This document shows, piece after piece, positions 19,845 through 27,740 of a stretch of 59,641 nt of DNA (positions are counted from its first letter, which is position 1; every line of letters begins with the position of its first letter). The notes beneath the pieces were generated by a model that saw only the letters and a program-made list of their open reading frames with translations, was not told where the DNA came from and made no database searches. This DNA is from Dehalococcoidia bacterium (GTDB lineage Bacteria > Chloroflexota > Dehalococcoidia > UBA2979): assembly GCA_023228765.1 (NCBI GenBank), contig JALOAM010000001.1, positions 1-59,641 of the forward strand. The letters run 5' to 3'. The position numbers and the translations under genes are program-made.

Positions 19845-20729
19845 TCATCGCAGGAAGTCCATCAGGCTCGGCCCCAGCGACCGCGCGGTCGCCGAGAGCG
19901 CGGCCTGGAAGGCCGTGTCCCGCATCTGCAGCTCCACCACCTCCTGGGTGATGTCGATCTCCTCGAGTCCGGAGATGGTGGTCCGCAGGGCCAGCTCCTC
20001 CTCGCTCAGCCGGTCCCAGGTCATCTCCACGCGGCGCATACGCGCACCGACCTCGCCCCGGGCCGTCAGCACCGTGTCGATCTCTCGCGAGATGTCCCCG
20101 GAGGCGACGTTCATCGCCGTGCGGTCATTCGCGAGGAGGCCGTCACGGAACGCGATGAGGGAGGCGAAGATGCCATCGAACAGCGGGTCGCCATCGATGT
20201 TCACGGCGATGGTCTCGCCGTCACCGATCTCACGAAGCACCTGGCCACCGTCGCCGTTGTAGGTGACGGTGGTCGGGTTCTGCGGCACGTCCGGCGTGAA
20301 CGGCTCACCCCCCTGGTGCCCCCCGAAGATCCGGCGGCCGGAGTAGCTCGTGTTGGCGATGGAGAGCGCCTCGTGCAGGAGTTGCTCCACCTCCGTCGCG
20401 ATCTGGGCGCGCGCGTCACCGTTGAGGCCTGACGAGTCCGCCTGCACGGAGAGTTCGTGCGCGCGGCTCAGTACCCCTCCCAGCGACTCGAGGGCGGACT
20501 CCACCGCGCTCAGCTCCGTCACGGCAAGGTCCGCCGTGCGGATGCGCTGCCCGACGGTGTCGAGCTTGGAGCGGGCGGCGAGGGCGCGCGCGGTGGCGAA
20601 CGGGTCGTCCGAGGGACGGTTGATCTTCCGGCCGCTGGCGACGCGCTCCTGCGTCTCGTTCAGGTTCGCGGTCGCCCGCTGGATGTGTTGCAGCAGGCGG
20701 TCGTGCACGCTTCGGTTGCTGATGCGCAT
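19845..20729 (-). CDS. flgL: flagellar hook-associated protein 3 (hook-filament junction)
   Basis: MRISNRSVHDRLL...ERVASGRKINRPSDDPFATARA flagellin-N-like terminus and a conserved C-terminal helix. Confidence 0.85.
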   Translation of the reverse strand: MRISNRSVHDRLLQHIQRATANLNETQERVASGRKINRPSDDPFATARALAARSKLDTVGQRIRTADLAVTELSAVESALESLGGVLSRAHELSVQADSSGLNGDARAQIATEVEQLLHEALSIANTSYSGRRIFGGHQGGEPFTPDVPQNPTTVTYNGDGGQVLREIGDGETIAVNIDGDPLFDGIFASLIAFRDGLLANDRTAMNVASGDISREIDTVLTARGEVGARMRRVEMTWDRLSEEELALRTTISGLEEIDITQEVVELQMRDTAFQAALSATARSLGPSLMDFLR

Positions 20730-20735
20730 CGCCGC

Positions 20736-22106
20736 CTACCCGATCATCGCCATGAGCTGGTCGAGCATTTCGTCGATGGTGGAGATGACCTTCGCGGCGG
20801 CCTCGTATCCCTTCTGGAACTGCACCATCGCCACCATCTCCTCGTCCAGGCTGACGCCCGACACGCTGGAGCGGAGCTGTTCGAGGTGCGCGATGGTGGC
20901 GCCCTGCGCCGCCGCGATGCCCGAGGCATCCCGCACGGAGACGCCGAGGCGCGTGAGCATCCCGTTGAAGTACGCCTCGTACGTCTGGCTACCACCGGTG
21001 AGGTTGGTCGCCCGCTGCAGGTCTGAGATCGCGAGGGCGCCCGAGCCGTCGCCGGTCGCGCCCGTCGCGGTCGCCGCCGCCACCAGCCCGAGGTTGGCCT
21101 CGACGGCCGCGTTCACGGCGATGTCGGTCGCGTCCGTGCCCGTGAAGAACGCGGTGCCCGTGGTGACGCCGTCGAGGGCGTACCCGGTGGCGTGGACGGC
21201 GTTCACGTCCGCGATCACCTGCGAGATGAGCGTGTTCAGGTCCGCCATCCGCGCCGGCAGATCCACATCGCGCTGGTGGAGGAGCCCGCCGACCTCGCCG
21301 CTCTGGAACTGCACCTCGGTGCCGTCGGAGGCCCACTGGAGGTCGTAGAAGTTCTGGTTCGTGGTGTCCGGCACGAGGTTGATCGCGCTCGACTTCACAC
21401 CCTGCACCAGGGCACGCCCGCCGACGAACACGTCGATATGTCCGTCCTCGTGCTCGATCGTGCGCATGTCCGTGAGCTGCGCGAGGCGGTCGAGGGCGAG
21501 GTCACGCTGGTCGCTCAGGTCGGAGGCCGGGTCCACCGTCGCGCGCACCTCGATGATGCGCTGGTTGAGCTGGGCGATCTGCTTCGAGAGGTCGTTGATC
21601 TCACCGATCGAGGCCTCCAGCCGCGTGTTGGCATCGGCACGGATGTCCGCCATCGAGGTGGCGAGACGCTGCGCGACGAAGGCGAGCGACTGGCCGGACT
21701 GCACCACGGCACTCCGCGCGGCGCTGTGCTCCGGCGCGTTCGCGAGGTCCCGCCACGCGTTGAAGAACTGGCCCATCACCGCCCTCAGGCCGTTGTCGCT
21801 CGGCTCGCCGAAGGCGAGCTCGACCAGGGAGAGCGAGTCCGCCCGTGCGGAGTAGTCCCCGGCGGCGTGGCTCTGGGTGCGGATCTGGAAGTCCACGAAC
21901 ATGTCGCGGACGCGCTCCACGGAGAGTACCTGCACGCCCTGGCCAACGCCGGCGCTGCCGGCCGGGGCGACCGCGGCGAGGTGGATGCGCTGCCGGCTGA
22001 AGCCGGGCGTGTTCACGTTGGAGATGTTGTGCGTGACGGCGTCCATCGCCTCCTGGTGGGCGAGGAGCGAACGGACCGCCGAGTTGAGGCCGATGGAGAT
22101 GGCCAT
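20736..22106 (-). CDS. flgK: flagellar hook-associated protein 1
   Basis: MAISIGLNSAVRSLLAHQEAMDAVTHNISNVNTPGFSRQR N-terminus and the FlgK C-terminal LDEEMVAMVQFQKGYEAAAKVI. Confidence 0.88.
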   Translation of the reverse strand: MAISIGLNSAVRSLLAHQEAMDAVTHNISNVNTPGFSRQRIHLAAVAPAGSAGVGQGVQVLSVERVRDMFVDFQIRTQSHAAGDYSARADSLSLVELAFGEPSDNGLRAVMGQFFNAWRDLANAPEHSAARSAVVQSGQSLAFVAQRLATSMADIRADANTRLEASIGEINDLSKQIAQLNQRIIEVRATVDPASDLSDQRDLALDRLAQLTDMRTIEHEDGHIDVFVGGRALVQGVKSSAINLVPDTTNQNFYDLQWASDGTEVQFQSGEVGGLLHQRDVDLPARMADLNTLISQVIADVNAVHATGYALDGVTTGTAFFTGTDATDIAVNAAVEANLGLVAAATATGATGDGSGALAISDLQRATNLTGGSQTYEAYFNGMLTRLGVSVRDASGIAAAQGATIAHLEQLRSSVSGVSLDEEMVAMVQFQKGYEAAAKVISTIDEMLDQLMAMIG

Positions 22107-22112
22107 GCTGGG

Positions 22113-22649
22113 CTACGCCGACCGGTCCAGCGTCCGGCCACCCTCGACGGACGGGCTGTCGCCCTCCGAGGTGTAGAGCGACCCGGCGAGGACCGTGCGC
22201 AGGTAGTGGATCCAGCGGTCGACCAGTGCGCGGCTGTTCCGGAGCAGCCGTGCGTTCACGGCGTGCGCCTCCTCCAGCGCGACGGCCTCCGCGCGCAGCT
22301 CTCGCCCGGCCCGCTCGAGCTCGTCCGCGATCTCGGTGGGCAGGTGCGTCGCGATCTCGGAGACCGTGGCGGTGTCCGCCGGGATGCCCGTCGCCATCTC
22401 GATCGCGACCAGCGCGGTCATGCGCTCGGTCTCCATCGCGCGGAGGTGGTCCAGCACCTGCTCCTTTTGCTCCACGAGCCGGGTCAGGCGCTCCACGTCT
22501 CCCTCCACGATCGCGTCCTGCTCCTGCGTCGCGATGCCGAGGAGCGCGCGATAGAGGTCGCGCTGCCCCGTGAGGACGTCCGCGAGGGTCACGGCCCCCA
22601 CGGTCAGGTCAGAACGCGGCGAGAGAGTTCGCGTCGAGGAGGAGGTCAC
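22113..22649 (-). CDS. flgN: FlgN-family flagellar export chaperone
   Basis: Helical 178-aa protein with LYRALLGIATQEQDAIVEGDVERLTRLVEQKEQVL. Sits in the flgM-flgN-flgK position. Confidence 0.7.
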   Translation of the reverse strand: MTSSSTRTLSPRSDLTVGAVTLADVLTGQRDLYRALLGIATQEQDAIVEGDVERLTRLVEQKEQVLDHLRAMETERMTALVAIEMATGIPADTATVSEIATHLPTEIADELERAGRELRAEAVALEEAHAVNARLLRNSRALVDRWIHYLRTVLAGSLYTSEGDSPSVEGGRTLDRSA

Positions 22650-22951
22650 GGACTCACCCCGCGGTCGTGCAGCAGGCTCGCGAGGCCGAAGTAGTCCACC
22701 TCGTACTGGCCGTTCGCGATCCTCGACTTCAGGTCCTCCACGCGGGAGGCGCGGGCGTCCGGGGACTCCTTCACGGCGTCCATGATCCGGGCGAACTCGC
22801 GGGCGCCCTCGGACAGCGTCACCTGGTCCGTGCGGCGTCCGGCGGCGTGCGCGCCACGGCGGGCATCCGCGGCGGCTTCGGCTGCCTCGGCGCTCGTGAC
22901 CTGCCGGCGGTAGATGCCGCTGGCGTCGTGGGGGCGGATGGGCTGGACCAT
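22646..22951 (-). CDS. flgM: anti-sigma-28 factor FlgM
   Basis: 101 aa. The C-terminal ASRVEDLKSRIANGQYEVD motif is typical of FlgM. Overlaps flgN by 4 nt. Confidence 0.8.
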   Translation of the reverse strand: MVQPIRPHDASGIYRRQVTSAEAAEAAADARRGAHAAGRRTDQVTLSEGAREFARIMDAVKESPDARASRVEDLKSRIANGQYEVDYFGLASLLHDRGVSP

Positions 22952-22987
22952 GATGGTGCCTCGTTCCCGCGGAGGACCGCGTCCCGG

Positions 22988-23812
22988 TTAGACCGTGACG
23001 TCGTTCGCCTGCGTGAGCATCTGTTCGATCGTCCGGAAGGCGACCAGGTTGAGCTGGTAGCCACGCTTCGCCATGACCAGGCCGGTCATCTCCGTCGCGA
23101 TGTCCACGTTGGAGGCCTCCAGCCAGCCGGAGAACACCGCGCCCATGCCGTCCGCGCCCGGCGCGCCGTTGATCGGCGGCTGCGACTCCGGCGTCTCGCG
23201 GTACCGGCTGTTGCCGATCGCCTCGAGGCCCGCGGGGTTCGAGAACCGCGCAAGCTCGATCTGGCCCACCACCTGGCGGACGCCGTCGCGCGGGTCGAAT
23301 GGCCCGAGCGCGGCGAGCTCCGCGTCCGTGTAGTCACGGATCACGGACACCTCGCCGTTGGTCTCGATCCGGAGGCCGCGGAAGTTCTGGGGCAGCGCCA
23401 GCGGCGGATCCAGCAGCTCACCGGAGGCCGTGGTCACCTTGCCGTCCCCGTCCAGCATGAAGACGCCGGAGCGCGTGTAGGCGACGGAGCCGTCATCCAG
23501 GCGGACGCGGAAGAAGCCGTCCCCGCTGATGGCAAAGTCCATCTGGCGGCCGGTGGGCTGCAGCGTGCCCTGCGCGAAGTCGCGCGTCATCGCAGCGGTG
23601 GAGACACCGGCGGACTCCGCCACGTCGCGCTGGTCCACGGTCCCCGTGGCGATGGCGGCGAAGACGGAGGAGGAGTTGAGGATGTCCTGGAAGTGGATCT
23701 TCACCCGCTTGTAGCCGGTGGTGTTCACGTTCGCCAGGTTGTTGGAGATCGCCTCGATGTTCTTCTGCTGCTGCTGCATGCCAGAGACCGCGGCGTCGAG
23801 AGAGAGTGGCAT
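22988..23812 (-). CDS. flgG: flagellar basal-body rod protein (distal rod, FlgG/FlhP-like)
   Basis: MPLSLDAAVSGMQQQQKNIEAISNNLANVNTTGYKR and C-terminal GWLEASNVDIATEMTGLVMAKRGYQLN. Start trimmed to 23812. Confidence 0.88.
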   Translation of the reverse strand: MPLSLDAAVSGMQQQQKNIEAISNNLANVNTTGYKRVKIHFQDILNSSSVFAAIATGTVDQRDVAESAGVSTAAMTRDFAQGTLQPTGRQMDFAISGDGFFRVRLDDGSVAYTRSGVFMLDGDGKVTTASGELLDPPLALPQNFRGLRIETNGEVSVIRDYTDAELAALGPFDPRDGVRQVVGQIELARFSNPAGLEAIGNSRYRETPESQPPINGAPGADGMGAVFSGWLEASNVDIATEMTGLVMAKRGYQLNLVAFRTIEQMLTQANDVTV

Positions 23813-23822
23813 CGCGCGCCTC

Positions 23823-24650
23823 CTACACCCGTCCGAGGTCGGCGACGGCCGTCTCGAGCGTCTTGTTGATCTCGGCGAACACACGCTGGCTGGAGGAGAA
23901 CGTCCGCGCGACGGAGTACATCGTGGTGGCGTTCTGCCCCACGTTGACGTTCGCCTCCTCCAGCGATCCCTGGATCAGGAAGGTGCGCCCCGCCTCCATG
24001 TCCACGGGGGTCACCTCCGCGCCCTCGGGGATGGTGAACTTGGAATCGCCGGCGCGGATCAGGTCCTCCGCGTTCAGGTTCACCAGCTGGAGGCGCGCCA
24101 CGGGGTCCTCGTTCACGTCGATGAACGTGGAGCCATCGGGCTGCGGGATCTCCGTGCTGATCAGCTGGATGACGTCGCCGTTCATGCGGATGCGGATCTT
24201 GTCCGTCGTCAGCGTGATGTGCTGGCCGGCCTCGTCGAGGACGAACGCGCCGTCGGCGCTGATCAGGCGGCCTTCCGGGTCACGGGCGAAGTGGCCGTCG
24301 CGCGTGTAGCGGATGCCCTCGTCGGTCTCGACGACGAAGAAGCCGTCGCCCTGCACCATGACGTCCAGCGCGATGCCGGTCTCACGCTCGGCGCCCTGCC
24401 CGAGGAACGTGCGGACGTTCTCCACGTACGCGCCCGTCCCGATCTGCCCGATGACCTCGTCGAGGCGTCCGGGCACCGGGCCGTCGGCGGGCACGCTGCG
24501 CCGCGCGAGGACGCCGGCGAAGGCGGTCTGCGCGGACTGGTCGGCCTTGTAGCCCACCGTCGAGGAGTTCGCGATGTTGTCCGCGACCACGTCCTGCTGG
24601 CGCATCCCGATGAGCATCCCAGAGGCGGCGGTGTAGAGCGCGCGGATCAT
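23823..24650 (-). CDS. flgF: flagellar basal-body rod protein (FlgF/FlhO-like)
   Basis: MIRALYTAASGMLIGMRQQDVVADNIANSSTVGYKAD and C-terminal GSLEEANVNVGQNATTM. This is the real part of the long ORF 23823-25493. Confidence 0.8.
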   Translation of the reverse strand: MIRALYTAASGMLIGMRQQDVVADNIANSSTVGYKADQSAQTAFAGVLARRSVPADGPVPGRLDEVIGQIGTGAYVENVRTFLGQGAERETGIALDVMVQGDGFFVVETDEGIRYTRDGHFARDPEGRLISADGAFVLDEAGQHITLTTDKIRIRMNGDVIQLISTEIPQPDGSTFIDVNEDPVARLQLVNLNAEDLIRAGDSKFTIPEGAEVTPVDMEAGRTFLIQGSLEEANVNVGQNATTMYSVARTFSSSQRVFAEINKTLETAVADLGRV

Positions 24651-25303
24651 GCGGTCCTCCGGCTCAGACGCACGCCGACCACCACCGACAGCCCGAGGGC
24701 CATCGCGAGCGCGGCGACGCGGATCACGTCGGTGATGAAGGCGGGGTCGCCGGTGTTCGGCAGCGAGCCGGGGACCTGGAGGCCCAGCGAGCCGCCCTGC
24801 GCCTCGCCGCCCTGCCCGTCCGTGGTGGCGATCCCGATGAGGGAGAAGTACCCGCCGATCGAGCGGTCCTCGGTCGGCTGGGGGACAGCGTCGGGGTCCG
24901 GCTCCACGGTGAGGATGAGCAGGTCGAACCCGAAGTCCGCGATCGGCGGCAAGGTGCCCTCGAACGCCACGGCGCCGGAGGCGCTGGCGTTGAAGCGGCC
25001 CGCCGAGATGGCGTCGCCCGCCTCCGAGTTCACGAGCCACGCCTGGTACAGCTCGTCCTCCAGCATCGGCAGACCGTCCGCCTCGATGCGGATGATGCCC
25101 TCCGCGAAGATCAGCTCCGCGCTGCCCGAGGCGTCCTGCGGTCCCCAGTTGGACAGGTCGATGTAGGACAGCTCCACGGTGACCGGCACGCCGTTCGCGC
25201 GCGCCTCGGGCGTCCCGCTCGCGACGAGCGCGAGCACGGCGAGCGCGCCGGCGAGGGCGACGCGGAGTCCACTGCGGATCGGGCTGCGCATGCCGAGGAT
25301 CAT
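24647..25303 (-). CDS. secreted RskA_C-like (anti-sigma-K extracytoplasmic domain-like) protein with LPNTG cell-wall sorting signal
   Basis: Signal peptide ALAVLALVASGTPEARA. LYQAWLVN...AISAGRF...LLILTVEPDPDAVPQPT matches the RskA C-terminal domain pattern as recalled. The C-terminus has LPNTG, a hydrophobic helix and an RLSRRTA tail. 4-nt overlaps with both neighbouring genes. Confidence 0.7.
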   Translation of the reverse strand: MILGMRSPIRSGLRVALAGALAVLALVASGTPEARANGVPVTVELSYIDLSNWGPQDASGSAELIFAEGIIRIEADGLPMLEDELYQAWLVNSEAGDAISAGRFNASASGAVAFEGTLPPIADFGFDLLILTVEPDPDAVPQPTEDRSIGGYFSLIGIATTDGQGGEAQGGSLGLQVPGSLPNTGDPAFITDVIRVAALAMALGLSVVVGVRLSRRTA

Positions 25304-25854
25304 GAGTGACGGCCCTCAGTGCGATCGGTCCGCCCGGACATGCGCGCGATGCGCACCTCCTCCAGGCCGATGTGCAGCTCCCGCGCGATCGCGCGGTCGG
25401 AGAGGCCCTCGTCGGCGAGCTGCGCGATGCGCGAGCGGACGCCAGAGGTCCCGCGCGAGACGAACTCGCCGGCGGCGACCGGGAGGTCGTCACCCTCGTC
25501 GATGGTTCCGTCCTCGAACGTGTCGAGGGAGAGCGGAGCGACGGCCGCGAAAGCGGGCTGCAGGCGCTCGCCCGTCAGGCCGTCACGCGCGCCGCCCGGC
25601 CGGCCACCACTGAGCATCCCGGCGAGGGTCTCGCGCTGGCTGACGAGCTGCGCCTGCATCTCGTCCACGGCTTCCTGCAGGGCGAAGAGCAGCTCCTCCG
25701 CGGACTCCGTGGCCAGCGAGTCCACGTGGTCCTCCAGGAGGTCCATGGGCTGCCGGCTGAACAGGTACGCGTGGTAGAGCACCCCCAGCGCGAGCAGCAT
25801 CAGCGGCACGCCGAGGGCGAGTGTGACCAGGAGGACCGTGGGGGAGACGCTCAT
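25300..25854 (-). CDS. single-pass membrane protein with C-terminal helix-turn-helix (SwrB-position / DUF2802-like architecture)
   Basis: N-terminal TM VLLVTLALGVPLMLLALGVLYHAYLF, a helical middle, and C-terminal RIAQLADEGLSDRAIARELHIGLEEVRIA. Its ATG overlaps the fliA stop (ATGA). Confidence 0.65.
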   Translation of the reverse strand: MSVSPTVLLVTLALGVPLMLLALGVLYHAYLFSRQPMDLLEDHVDSLATESAEELLFALQEAVDEMQAQLVSQRETLAGMLSGGRPGGARDGLTGERLQPAFAAVAPLSLDTFEDGTIDEGDDLPVAAGEFVSRGTSGVRSRIAQLADEGLSDRAIARELHIGLEEVRIARMSGRTDRTEGRHS

Positions 25855-26753
25855 GCTGCCTGTCCCTGCTGCCGGCTGGTCACCCCAGCCCGAAGTCGCG
25901 TCAGCGCGCGGGCGTGGAGCTGGCAGACGCGGGACTCGGAGATGCCCAGCACCTCACTGACCTCCCGCATGGTCAGCTCCTCCTTGTAGTAGAGCGAAAG
26001 GATGAGCTGCTCCCGATCAGGCAAATCCCTAATCGCAAACGCGAGATCACCTATGAGTTCCTGACGCTCGAGGTCAGCGGAGAAGTCCTCCCCGTCCGGG
26101 TCGGCCACCGCCATCGCCCCGCCGGAGTCCTCCTCCCCGTCGCTCGCGCCGAGCGTGTCGAGGCTGACCGTGATCCAGGAGGACTCCACCTGCGCCTGCC
26201 GGTACGCGTCCGGATGGATCCCCATCGCCGCCGCGACCTCCTCGTCCGTGGGGTCGCGGCCGAGCTCGTTGGTGAGCCGGAGGATCGCCTCGTTCGCGTC
26301 GCGCGCCTTCTGGCGCACGGAGCGCGGGAGGCGGTCCAGCGAGCGGAGGGCGTCGATGATCGCGCCGCGGATGCGGGCGATCGCGTACGTCTCGAACTTC
26401 ACACCCTTCGTGTGATCGAACCGCTCGACGGCCTCGATCAGGCCGATCGTGCCGAAGGAGAGGATGTCCTCGTAGTCCAGGATCGACGGCAACGAGATCG
26501 CGAGGCGGCCCATCACGTACTTCACCAGCGGCGCGTATTGCAGGATCAACTGCTCGCGCACGGCCGGGTCACGCTCCTCCATGTAGCGCTCCCACAGCGC
26601 CAGGTTCCGGCGCTGCTGCTCCGCCGGCTCCACCACCGCGAGCTTGCCTCGGCGGCCCGCCGGGCGTGCCGAGGCCGCGGGCGTCCCTCCCGCCGGAGTC
26701 GAGGCCCCCGGCTGCTCGGGCGGTGGGGCAGGCGTACGTCGTCTGTCAGGCAT
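25851..26753 (-). CDS. fliA: flagellar RNA polymerase sigma-28 factor
   Basis: Sigma-70 regions 2, 3 and 4 (LILQYAPLVKYVMGRL, DILSFGTIGLIEAVERFD, LTMREVSEVLGISESRVCQLHARAL). About 45-aa Pro/Ala-rich N-terminal extension. Confidence 0.9.
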   Translation of the reverse strand: MPDRRRTPAPPPEQPGASTPAGGTPAASARPAGRRGKLAVVEPAEQQRRNLALWERYMEERDPAVREQLILQYAPLVKYVMGRLAISLPSILDYEDILSFGTIGLIEAVERFDHTKGVKFETYAIARIRGAIIDALRSLDRLPRSVRQKARDANEAILRLTNELGRDPTDEEVAAAMGIHPDAYRQAQVESSWITVSLDTLGASDGEEDSGGAMAVADPDGEDFSADLERQELIGDLAFAIRDLPDREQLILSLYYKEELTMREVSEVLGISESRVCQLHARALTRLRAGVTSRQQGQAA

Positions 26754-26769
26754 GGGCTGCCATCCTCAG

Positions 26770-27075
26770 TTACGCCGCTCGACTCTCGTCGACGGCGGTG
26801 TCTCGTTCTGCTCGGACTGCGGTCAGGCTGACCGGCTGGGGGTCTTCGTCGTCATCGAGGAGGGCGTCGTCATCCTCGAGGGTGCGGGGGCGATGGACGG
26901 GCGGGGCGGTGAGGACCACGAGCTCCGCGGCGTACGCGACCAGGCTGCCGGCGATGAAGGCGAGCAACCCGCGCAGCATCGCCACCTCGATCGGGTAGCC
27001 GACCGAGGTCGACTGCCACGTCGCGATGATCGCGAGGCCGACGGAGACGTAGAGCCCGGCGCGCAGGATCAGCAC
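26770..27075 (-). CDS. small two-TM membrane protein with acidic C-terminal tail (hypothetical)
   Basis: A GTG start overlaps the pilZ-gene TAG (TAGTG). 101 aa: two hydrophobic helices, then TLEDDDALLDDDEDPQP. Ends 16 nt upstream of fliA. Start and reality are uncertain. Confidence 0.4.
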   Translation of the reverse strand: MLILRAGLYVSVGLAIIATWQSTSVGYPIEVAMLRGLLAFIAGSLVAYAAELVVLTAPPVHRPRTLEDDDALLDDDEDPQPVSLTAVRAERDTAVDESRAA

Positions 27076-27731
27076 TAGATCACGCCCTTTCGCCGCATCT
27101 CCGCCTGCTGTCGGTAGACAAAGCGGACCAGGCGCTCTCGCTCGGAGCGGTTCGGCTCCAGGAACTGGCAGTGCAGCCGGTAGTGCTGGGCACTCGCGAC
27201 GGGCCGGCTGCACGAGAGCACGAGCGCGGCGATGTCCATCTCGAACGGATCGCCGTCGATCTCGAACACCAGCCGCAGGCGCGTGCCGGCCGCGACGAAC
27301 TCGCGGCACTGCAGGAGGATCCCGCCCCCACCGAGGTCCAGGATCACCGCCTGCAACTGCTGGGCCTCGCCCCCGGCGTCGTCCAGTCGCGCGACGATGC
27401 GCGGCGCGATGCGGACGGGGAGCCGGTAGAACTCGCGGCGCTCGGTCTTCTCGGCCTCGCGCGGCGTGTCGATAAAGAACGAGTCGGTCGCCAGCTCCAC
27501 CATGTGCACGGACGTGTTGAAGCGGAACACGCGGCCGTGGACGGTGGTAAACATCGTCAACTGCTCACCGGGTTCGACCACGAGCACCTCGCGGTCACGT
27601 CGAGGCAGCCCCAGCCGCAGCTGGGACGGCAGGATCGCGCGGACGGTCGCCTCGTACGAGACGCCGAGGGGGTCGCCGGGAGGCGATACCTTGAGCCGCG
27701 TGCCGGGCTGCAGATCGACATAGGCGGGCAT
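27075..27731 (-). CDS. PilZ-domain flagellar brake-type protein (YcgR/MotI-like)
   Basis: RREFYRLPV (RxxxR) followed by ILDLGGGGILL (D-x-S/G-x-x-G) about 30 aa later, after an N-terminal PilZN-like half. Confidence 0.8.
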   Translation of the reverse strand: MPAYVDLQPGTRLKVSPPGDPLGVSYEATVRAILPSQLRLGLPRRDREVLVVEPGEQLTMFTTVHGRVFRFNTSVHMVELATDSFFIDTPREAEKTERREFYRLPVRIAPRIVARLDDAGGEAQQLQAVILDLGGGGILLQCREFVAAGTRLRLVFEIDGDPFEMDIAALVLSCSRPVASAQHYRLHCQFLEPNRSERERLVRFVYRQQAEMRRKGVI

Positions 27732-27740
27732 GGTGGCTCG

